DNA of 63,985 bases, counting the filler, from Stramenopiles sp. TOSAG23-3 (Eukaryota), in assembly GCA_900128585.1 (NCBI GenBank). It is 11 parts of 11 records of this genome, joined end to end, with 100 filler letters (N's around TTAATTAATTAA, not from the genome) between each part and the next. Parts side by side here need not be neighbours in the genome. Positions count along the whole stretch, not along the records: positions 41,224 to 46,975 come from LT643439.1; positions 47,076 to 52,823 come from LT643440.1; positions 52,924 to 58,668 come from LT643441.1; 8 more parts are not named here. One strand, given 5' to 3'. Numbering within the stretch: the first letter of the stretch is position 1; the number at the start of each line of letters is the position of its first letter. Below the pieces are notes generated by a model. It ran no database searches and had not been told where the DNA came from. It saw nothing but the letters and a program-made list of their open reading frames with translations. Made by a program: the position numbers and the translations under genes. Below, piece after piece: positions 44,301 through 52,924 of this stretch.

Positions 44301-45431
44301 CCAATAATCATTCCATCAATTGGTTCTAAATCCTCAGAACTGAGATCCAACTCTTCAACTACTTCATCGTCCCCTTCTATTCCACCATGGATAGGAATAT
44401 TTATCATATCCCCACGTTTCAAACATTTTACCGATGTATTCTTTCTCAACACCAATGCTATTAACTTCATATCGACAAGACTCATTTCATCGTTTTTTTT
44501 CTCTGTTAAATCAAGAATTGGGCCGTCAATATTAATTCCACAGCTTGATTGCAATTCATCGTCTGGGATAGTTTCCACCAACGCATCAACAAGTTCATTG
44601 GGCGGGTTGTTGAAAGATAACAGGGTCTTCAATTTCGTAATTCCTTCTAGGTCGGAAAGAAAAAATTCGACTACATGCATTGGTGGACTGTAAGGACGGA
44701 TCATATCAACAGTTTCTTTCATCGCCGTCGCCTCTGGGCATTCCTGAAGAATTCCCAGCACTTTTTCCCAATCTACTGTACGGCCCTTCACTTTAAACGA
44801 AATGAGCATTTTCAATTTCGCAACTCCTTCTAGGCGTGAAAGAAAAAATTCGACTACATGCCCCGGTGGGTTGTAAGGACGGATCATATCAACCGGTTTG
44901 ATGGTAACTTTGTCAAAAAAAATATCATCTTCTTTCTTTGCTGGAAGAAATTTACCATCTTTCTCAGGATTAGAGGACACCACTTTTATCCAGCCATCTT
45001 TGAGAGTACCATAAACTATTTCACTCTCCTCAGTGCCTTCTAACGAATTAGCATGGTCGTCCATTTTTTGAGAGTGTCGGTACGCAACTCCGTTACACAC
45101 AAAAAAAAACACACTTGAATCCGATATTATCTATCTGTGCTCCCTCTGGGCACTCCCGAAGAATTCCCAGAATTTTTCCCCAATCTACCGTCCTGTCCTC
45201 TAGTTTGGAAGACAGCGTACCTACCAATCTTTGCCCAACTCCGACGAGTTCATCACCAGCTGCAACCTCCTCCCCATCATCTGCCTTTGTCGACGCTGTT
45301 TCTCCCTGATTGTTCAGCGAGAGCGACTCAATTTTGGCTTTCCTGGGACTCGCGGACTGGTCATTTTTTGAGTCTGGCCGACTTGGTCCTTTCGTCGCGT
45401 CTGCCACCTCGTGTGGCATGTGCGACGCCAT
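41363..45431 (-). CDS. Multidomain LRR - protein kinase - caspase-like (peptidase C14) protein; 1-nt frameshift in T9 run at 45101-45109
   Basis: ORFs 45093-45431 and 41363-45112 overlap at a homopolymer and share the repeat VDWxKxLGILxECPE. 28-aa RI-like LRRs. Kinase motifs VCLK, HGDIKPRN, DLD, YSPPE, DVWSFG. Caspase-like motifs YAVIVAIDDY, FFLASHG, LDCCHAG, HGLFT, QTP. Confidence 0.88.
43812..44285 (-). repeat. 84-bp coding tandem repeat (6 LRR units)
   Basis: GTCAATGTTG recurs at 43851, 43935, 44019, 44103, 44187 and 44271 (exact 84-nt period). Confidence 0.97.
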
Positions 45432-46283
45432 CTACGCTGCGCCGAAACTTATGCTTCTTTAGAATTTTTTCCTTTTCTTAAGATACCCTGTGTTTAAACT
45501 ACACTTAGCTTTTCTTCCTAACATTCTGCAATTATTCCATACAATCAATTTCAGAAGAAACAGTTCATTCCCCCATAAAAAAAAGTGAATTAACAGTAAT
45601 AAAATGTATAATATAATTTTTAATCTACGTATATTATATTTATAATAATAAATACTGCTTCAAAAAAATAATAATATTAATAATAAATAATAATAGATGA
45701 GGAGGGAGGGAGAGGAATAATAGTTACAGTTGTTTTTATTTATTTATAATTAATAATAATTATTAGTAAGTCTATTATTAATAGTATTATTCTTTTCCTT
45801 CTTATTCTTTCTTATTCTTATTATTCTTCTTCTTCTTTCTTCTTTTTAAATTATTATTAATATTAATAAATAATTATTTAATTAAACTACTATAAAAATA
45901 ACAACAACAAAAAAAATAATATATATTATTTTATTTTCTTCTTTTTTCAATTTTAATAAATAAACGAATAAAAACACATAAGAAGACGACTATATCTAAC
46001 ATAACAAACAAACAAACAGCACAGAGGGTTTCGTTTGGTTTGGATTGATATACATTCGTTGTATTTCTTTCGATCGTTTCTTTCCCTCCTCCTCCGTGTG
46101 AGTGTGTGTGTGTGTGTGAGTGCAGCAGATACGTTTAAACTCTGTGTGTGTCGAGCGAGTGGTTGGAGCCAAAAGAGCAAAACGCAAAACGCAAACGATA
46201 TAGGCAACGCCGACCGTGTATTGGGTACCATTTGAAAACGCTGCCTCCTTATTATATATAGAAGACTTTTGCGCATTGTCGTG

Positions 46284-46568
46284 GTACGTAGTCCGTTTCC
46301 CCCTCCTTTTTTTGTTGTTGCTCCAACACCTATACACGGGTTTTCTATCATGTGGTGTTTCTTTTCCCGTACACCATTATGACATATACGAAGTGTAAGA
46401 AGAAACTGATTCTATATCTTTTGCGCTCTTGTTTCAACCAATAACTTTCGAGCGTCAGAAAGGTCTCAGACATTTTCGTGGTACCCACGCGCGCGCAAAA
46501 CCTGTCCTGCGCGCCCTTCTGTCTTCTTTTCTTTTTTGGCCCCGGCGACTAACACACCATTGCTTCAG
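46284..46568 (+). other. 5'UTR spliceosomal intron (285 nt)
   Basis: Donor GTACGT at 46284, pyrimidine tract, branch GACTAAC at 46547-46553, TTCAG ending at 46568, 17 nt before ATG 46586. Confidence 0.65.
46331..46475 (+). ncRNA. Box H/ACA snoRNA candidate (~145 nt), intronic
   Basis: Hairpin 1: TACAC/GTGTA base, 10+10-nt pocket, TCAT-GTGGTGT/ACACCAT-T-ATGA top. H box AGAAGA at 46398-46403. Hairpin 2: CTGA/TCAG base, GCGCTC/GAGCGT top. ACA at 46470-46472 followed by TTT. Confidence 0.7.
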
Positions 46569-46585
46569 GTACACCACAGGACAGC

Positions 46586-46975
46586 ATGTCGAACTGGTTG
46601 AACAACGTCACGAACGCGCTGGAGTCCTTGGACCAGGCCGCGGAGAACGCCCTTACGACGGAGGAGCAGCGGAACAACGCGGAGATACAGCGAGACGAGC
46701 AGCGCACGATGGCGCTCGAGGAGGCGATCGAGAAAGAGAGGGAGATCGAGGAGTCCAACGGCATGTTGGACGCGGGGAAGCCTTCCCTGCGCCGGCCGGC
46801 CTCTGGCTCGGCCGGGAGGAGAACGGACGGCCACGCGGGCGGGGCGGCGGTCGACGGGGGCAGCACCAGCAACCGCAGGGCCGCGTCGTCGTCGCTGTCC
46901 CTCGCGAACGAGGGGGGCGGAGAGTACCAGGACGCCGAGCCGGCCCAGGCCTTCGAGCACCGAAGGTCCGTGGCG
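46586..46975 (+). CDS. Probable golgin-84/GOLGA5-like protein, N-terminal fragment
   Basis: MSNWLNNVTNALESLDQAAENAL resembles the conserved N-terminal MxW...E.L..LDQ.A...L motif of golgin-84-type tethers; truncated at the contig edge. Confidence 0.5.
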
Positions 46976-47075
46976 NNNNNNNNNNNNNNNNNNNNNNNNN
47001 NNNNNNNNNNNNNNNNNNNTTAATTAATTAANNNNNNNNNNNNNNNNNNNNNNNNNNNNNNNNNNNNNNNNNNNN
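46976..47075. other. Artificial contig-joining spacer
   Basis: N44-TTAATTAATTAA-N44. Confidence 0.99.
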
Positions 47076-47251
47076 ATTTTTTGTTGATGGACTAATAATA
47101 GTACAAGGGGCGACAGGACAATTTCTTTTCTTTGAGAAATGTGTGATTCCACCCAATTGGAGCAACACCAATTTTCAGTGGGAATAATTTGAAATACCCG
47201 TTTCTGGTACTTGCTTTTTCTTGTCTGGACAAGTTGCTTTGGCGTGCATGA

Positions 47252-48553
47252 ATGGGAAACGCTGAAAGTCAGAATACGAACCGGGTGGAAGATGTGAGGC
47301 CGGAGCCGGTGTTCACGGAACGGCGTCCCACCTCCGTCCTTGGAAAAATTATCAAAGAAAAGTGTTGGCTTTGTGTAAATCAAGACAAATTCATCAAGGG
47401 AAACATTTCTGTTGTTAATCAATTGATTATTTTTGAACCGAGCCCCGATGATAAATTTGCAAAAGTAGATGGGTTGCTTGCGTACCAGTTTTGTTTAGAC
47501 GTGAGAGATGTCAGTGACTGCGGGGAAGTGGGGCATGTCAACCAAGTGATAAATATGAGCGGGGGACAGGGCCCCGGAGAGACGCCCGGAAAACGGGCGA
47601 AGCGGGGCGGTGGCATGACTTACTTGCAAATATTTTGGCAGCGGCAAGAGAAAGACAGGCAGAGGGGTCGCGGTCGAGGAATACAAGACCAGCAACAAAC
47701 CCTATTTTTGGTGCCGAAGAAGAGCGTCGAGGTCATGATTGACACTATTCGGCTGTTCATTGACGGGATCGATGCAAACAGGAAGAATGGGATTTCCGTT
47801 GGAACGACACATTTAACGTCAGGACCAGTGGCAAGCAGCCTGGGCCACATGTCCCCTACAAAATTGTTCAAGATAGCGTCCGATGCCAGGGGTGGCTCGC
47901 CATCTCCGCCTCCGGTAATTGGCATCAAAGGGGTCATCGGTGGGAAACGGGAGGTTGACAACCGGGCCATATCGATACACACCCCTATTTTTGTAGGCGG
48001 GGAATCAAAAATTTTGTCGACCGACAATATTCTCAATATAGAAGCAACTCTGCCCCAGCAGCAACGGGGATACAACTGGCAGTTGTCGTACGGATCCTCT
48101 AGCCATGGCCTGAACTGGGTAACATTTTACCGGTGCGTCAAACAGACTGGGCCAAACCTGCTGGTGATCAAAACCACCAAGGGGGATATTATTGGTGGTT
48201 ATGCCAGTGAATCGTGGAACCCGTGCGGTGAATACATCGGGACAGGCGAATCGTTCGTGTTTCGCTGTCATCAAGACGCCTACGAAAAGTTTTCGTGGAC
48301 TCTGTCCGACCCCTACTTTATGCTAGCAACCTCATCGTCTTTGGTCATGGGGGGCGGTGGAGGTTACGCTTTTCGCTTGGACGAAAAATTCAACGGGTAC
48401 AGTTGCCCCTGCGATACCTTCGGGACAACGACCTCTTTGACGGCCAACGAAAACTTTGAAGTGTTTGAGGTAGAATTGTTCTCTTTCATATCAGGGACGG
48501 AAGTTGACAAGAAGAAGACTGGGGAGAGTTTTGACTTTGAAAAACGGTTCTAG
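47252..48553 (+). CDS. TLDc-domain protein (OXR1/NCOA7-like), probably N-myristoylated
   Basis: MGNAES (G2/S6). GRAM/PH-like IIFEP..DD...YQF segment. TLDc motifs WQLSYGSSSHG...TFY, LLVIKT..G.IIGGY, YIGTGESFVF, MGGGG, CDTF, FEVFEVELF. Confidence 0.9.
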   Translation: MGNAESQNTNRVEDVRPEPVFTERRPTSVLGKIIKEKCWLCVNQDKFIKGNISVVNQLIIFEPSPDDKFAKVDGLLAYQFCLDVRDVSDCGEVGHVNQVINMSGGQGPGETPGKRAKRGGGMTYLQIFWQRQEKDRQRGRGRGIQDQQQTLFLVPKKSVEVMIDTIRLFIDGIDANRKNGISVGTTHLTSGPVASSLGHMSPTKLFKIASDARGGSPSPPPVIGIKGVIGGKREVDNRAISIHTPIFVGGESKILSTDNILNIEATLPQQQRGYNWQLSYGSSSHGLNWVTFYRCVKQTGPNLLVIKTTKGDIIGGYASESWNPCGEYIGTGESFVFRCHQDAYEKFSWTLSDPYFMLATSSSLVMGGGGGYAFRLDEKFNGYSCPCDTFGTTTSLTANENFEVFEVELFSFISGTEVDKKKTGESFDFEKRF

Positions 48554-49297
48554 ACTACACAGTACGTTCGTCTGTGTGTAAACCTCGTTCGTATATTTTT
48601 AAAGATTTAACCCCCCCCCTCCCCTCTAATTCAGAGATTTAAAATACTAAAAAAAAATAAAAGCGCTAAAGGCTGTTAAAATATTTAAAAAACAAAATAA
48701 AAGCAAAAAATTGGCCGTATAATTTATAGATTTTAAAAAAAAAGTTTAAAATCAAATAATCTTGACTTTTAAATTTGAAATTTCCAGTTTATCTTATGAG
48801 CTGCATGGAGTTAGGCAATCACAACACAAGTTTAGCCGATTTTCGAGTTCTGGCAATAAAGGGATGATTGACTCTCCAAATGACTATGACGAGCTCAACG
48901 AAGAAGTGATATACTCACAAGGGTCTACAAAGGTGTGTGATGTTTTCACGGACTACGATTGGGATTTGGATCGTATTGTTGAGTACGAATCGCCTTTAAA
49001 AAGAAAAGAAATATTATCACCTGGTAATAATTCTTCTCATTGGACTAGGAATAAAAACAATTCATCTGTGATGATGATTGACAACCATCAACGACGAAAC
49101 GGAATTAAAAAATCAAATTAAAAATCGAGATAGGATTAGGGTTGGATTTGCACTAAAGTATCATAGATTTAAATTTTAAAATGTTTTACAAGAGTCGACT
49201 TTGGGCCTTGAAATCGTTTAGATATTTTATCTAAATCACAGCCATTCTTTTGTTTCTAAAATTTTACACTGGGTATGCGGTTGTTAGATTTTTAATT

Positions 49298-51997
49298 TTA
49301 ATTGTTGTCGATGCTTTTCTTCTTTTTCTTCTTCTTCTTCTTCTTCTTCGTGTCCTCCATATTAAAATGATTTATAAAGGTCAGGTCGTTGATCCTGCCC
49401 TGCAAGGTAATGAGACTATCCGTTGGCAGCCACAACCGCTTGGAGGTAACGTCCTTGGGCGACAAAACGAGCTCCCCGGCAACGTTTTGGTCGCTGAACT
49501 GTTGAAACCCTAACAAAACCCCACCCTTGTGGGCCACCCGGGCTTGCAGCTCACGGAAAGACAGCCGCGTCGGCCGTCGGGCGTACTCGTAAACCGGCAA
49601 AAGGGTTATTTCCGCCCCATTCGGCCCCAACAAGCTGTTCAAGACGTCGTAGATTTCTTTTCTCTCAGCCACCATGGCCAAAACTTTGCTAACAATGTGG
49701 GTGGACAAAATGTAGTCGGAAGCTGCAGAAATCGCATCGTTGTTAGAAATAATTCCCCTGGTCCTGGGGTCTAGAATTTCGCAGGTGATGATGCAATCCT
49801 GGTCCAACATTTTGGCTCTTCCAAAAACATGGTGCATGGACGTTTGAAAGCTATTTTTTTGTCGCACCCGAGAGTACCTTTGCTGCAGTTCCCTGATCAG
49901 CAACAGGGACGCAAGCACGTGAGAGTCTGAATTCATTGGCTCCGCCTCCAGACTCTCGTCCGCTAAAATTAGCACGGAGTCGAAATTGCAAAGCGCTCCC
50001 ATATCATCCATTTTTTCCTCGTCGGTTTCCCCATTGCGCCTCAAAATGTGCATTTCGACCTCTCTCAAATGCCGCCTGACGGCCGCGTTGCCGTACCAAT
50101 GAACTAGCTTCAGCGCCGGCTTCCCCTTGGCGTCCAAATCTTTTCGCAGTGTGTAGTTGTGCGCAGGCTCCCCTACTGTTGAGTGGGACTGTTCGCACAC
50201 TTCGTTCTTCTCGGCGTCTTCCATTAGCAGCCCGCCATCTTCCAGCTTACCATTTCTTTCCTCCAACGGGACTGTACTCAACATGTGAAGCTCACTCCCC
50301 GCAGGTGCAAGCTCGTTCAGGAGCACAATTATATCGTCAAGGTCACGACGCCACCCGCACATAAGAATAAGCTCCGGTTTCTCCTGTTCCGCAATGTCGT
50401 CTTCCTGCAGCATCGATGCCTGCTTGTTCAGGGATTGCATAGAATTCAAGGCTTTCATGTTAACCGTGTACGAATCATCGTCTGCCGCCAGTACAATGAT
50501 TTCATCGCCCTCCATGATTACCGTGTCCGCGTCCGGGTTAAGCATGACGTTGGCCTTCTGCCAATCTTCCATTTTGTGTTCTTTCTTGCCAATGAGCAGC
50601 GGCTTCTTCTTGCTTGACGCGAGGAAACCGGCCTTAGCCTTGTTTGCGAATTCCTGTTTTTTCTCTTCCTCGAGGTCGTGCTCTGTGACCTTGCTCCGAT
50701 GAATCCCCATCGGTATGGCCCCCCCCTCGTATTGCTTGCCTTTCAGCCCCTCAAACACTTTATACAAATCCGCCCACCGCATCCCGGTGAGTTCTGGCCA
50801 ATTTTCCATGTAAAACTCGCAGCCATCGAAGCCAAGGACAGACTCATAAACCTCTGCCAACCCTGGCACACGGGCCGACTTGATCATCAGGCGACCGATT
50901 ATGTCGTGGGAAACGATCGTTTCGATGTTGTCCCCCCCCACCGTTTTCACGAGCATCTGGTTGTCGATGTCCCGCATTTCCGCAACGATGTACCCCTTGC
51001 AGGGTACGGGCATCCCCTTCAAGCTTAGGATCGTTCGTAGCACCAAAGAGTCGGCCTTGTCCGAATCCCCAGAGGCCGCCTGGACAATGATAGACTTTGC
51101 TAGGTGTGCCTTGGAGAGTTCCAGCTTGGAAATTGTAGAGTACGAACCCGTGCGAACGACTATCCGCGTCCCCCTCAGCGCATTTCGAAACCCTGGAACT
51201 ATCTTTCGCCTCAAATGAACGTCTATAGCTTGCTCAATTTCTGCCTTTACCGTCTCAGCTAGGATGACGATCACGCCACCCTTCTCGCTCGCGGCAGCAG
51301 TGCACAGTTCTTCCACCAACGGGAGAGTACTGCTGGACCATCCAAGAATCAACACGTGGTCAAACTCTTCAACGGACGTTGTACCGAGTTTCAACGCCTC
51401 CGCGTAGTCCATCATAGCATTGGACACGAAACCAATCATGATCGACATGTAAATAACGCCAACCATTGCAACTATAAATGCAGTAACTCTCCTCGACCAC
51501 GTCGCTTGATCGGCGTGGGTCCCTGGGTCCGCAATGAACGCCCAGGCAACCCACACGTTCTCAAGAAAATGCAGGTACTCTTGGGTTGGGCAGTCAGGAT
51601 AACAGTACGGTTGCTCGGCTTCGTACTCGTATCCTCCAATAAATGCACCATCGAGCATCCGGCCGAACATTACGATGGGTGCACAGCCCATCATGAGACC
51701 AAGTAGCAGAACAAACAGAATTACGAACTGCGACAAAAAATTTTCGTTCCACTTCCTGGTCACAAAGTACATGAAATCTTTCCCAAGCTTCGTCAATTGT
51801 CGCCGGCACCGACCGACTCTTGCTTTGCGCTCTGCATTGTTAAAATCTAAATCACGCCTTGCCTTTAAGAGGTCGATTGTGTCTTCCCGAAGGACTTCTT
51901 CAGGCTTCATGCTTCGTCGCTTCAGCGACCCGTCTGCAACAGAATCTAGCTTGCCTTCAGACGACACGTACGTTGCGGTTGCATCTTGCTTTTCCAT
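49298..51997 (-). CDS. CASTOR/POLLUX/DMI1-like cation channel with tandem RCK domains
   Basis: Pore WAFIADPGTHAD; HVLILGWS; SHDIIGRLMI..AR.PGLA.VYE..LGFDGCEFY...WPEL; CGWRRDLDD; GNAAVRRHL; FDSVLILADES...SDS..LASLLLIR; EILDPRT. Confidence 0.93.
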   Translation of the reverse strand: MEKQDATATYVSSEGKLDSVADGSLKRRSMKPEEVLREDTIDLLKARRDLDFNNAERKARVGRCRRQLTKLGKDFMYFVTRKWNENFLSQFVILFVLLLGLMMGCAPIVMFGRMLDGAFIGGYEYEAEQPYCYPDCPTQEYLHFLENVWVAWAFIADPGTHADQATWSRRVTAFIVAMVGVIYMSIMIGFVSNAMMDYAEALKLGTTSVEEFDHVLILGWSSSTLPLVEELCTAAASEKGGVIVILAETVKAEIEQAIDVHLRRKIVPGFRNALRGTRIVVRTGSYSTISKLELSKAHLAKSIIVQAASGDSDKADSLVLRTILSLKGMPVPCKGYIVAEMRDIDNQMLVKTVGGDNIETIVSHDIIGRLMIKSARVPGLAEVYESVLGFDGCEFYMENWPELTGMRWADLYKVFEGLKGKQYEGGAIPMGIHRSKVTEHDLEEEKKQEFANKAKAGFLASSKKKPLLIGKKEHKMEDWQKANVMLNPDADTVIMEGDEIIVLAADDDSYTVNMKALNSMQSLNKQASMLQEDDIAEQEKPELILMCGWRRDLDDIIVLLNELAPAGSELHMLSTVPLEERNGKLEDGGLLMEDAEKNEVCEQSHSTVGEPAHNYTLRKDLDAKGKPALKLVHWYGNAAVRRHLREVEMHILRRNGETDEEKMDDMGALCNFDSVLILADESLEAEPMNSDSHVLASLLLIRELQQRYSRVRQKNSFQTSMHHVFGRAKMLDQDCIITCEILDPRTRGIISNNDAISAASDYILSTHIVSKVLAMVAERKEIYDVLNSLLGPNGAEITLLPVYEYARRPTRLSFRELQARVAHKGGVLLGFQQFSDQNVAGELVLSPKDVTSKRLWLPTDSLITLQGRINDLTFINHFNMEDTKKKKKKKKKKKSIDNN

Positions 51998-52823
51998 TAT
52001 GTTGTGCCAGCAAAGTATTCAGTGCCCTTGGTTTTTGCTGTTATGATGGCAATTTTTTTTGAACAGTAACAAAACGCAACCTTTTTGGCCACCCCTGCGC
52101 GCAAGGAAGGAAAGAAAGGGCAGGCGGGGGTTTCGGAATTCAACATTGCTTTGGCTGTTATGATGCGGTATTAATTCCTGTTCCACTTCAGGTATTTTAT
52201 TTACCGTACTGTAGCTATAATATTTTAACGACACACCACCACTCGATGATGAGTTTCTCCGTTGAACTTGACTACTATCTATAAACTTAACAAATCATAA
52301 CAATTTGTAGTCTAATGACCGGCTGATAGGAAACCGGTGAAATTGATCATTCGAAAACGAATGATAAATTTCGAATTGAACTTGACTGCTGATGATGAGA
52401 AATAACCCTATAATATAACACTATCATTAGTGTAACGAATTCAAAAATTATAATATTGAAACATTCCAATTATTATTTATTTTATGAGCAATTTGAAATA
52501 ACAACATAAATATTAACAACACAGCATAAGAGTGATTTTTTATATTTATTAGTTTTGATACCACACTACACTCATACTACGTTGATGTTATCTTAATACC
52601 AATTCGAAGAACTAATTAGATGTGGTCTGGACGTATATTACTCGTACACAATTTGTATTTTTATTTATACTTTATTCTTTCTCCCGCGTTTGAATTAAAC
52701 GATTGCCTGAATTTCCACTTTCTTTTCCAACTAACACTGTGCTCCAAGCGACAAAGCATCGCAGTCATACGTAAGATCCGCGCCCACAGAGAACTGTTGC
52801 CTGCATGTCTGCCAAGAAAGCGC

Positions 52824-52923
52824 NNNNNNNNNNNNNNNNNNNNNNNNNNNNNNNNNNNNNNNNNNNNTTAATTAATTAANNNNNNNNNNNNNNNNNNNNN
52901 NNNNNNNNNNNNNNNNNNNNNNN
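52824..52923. other. Artificial contig-joining spacer
   Basis: N44-TTAATTAATTAA-N44. Confidence 0.99.
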
Positions 52924-52924
52924 C

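Noticed and set aside
48762-49121. 119-aa ORF between the TLDc and channel genes
   Set aside because: TTG start, AT-rich, no recognisable domain; cannot be supported as a gene.
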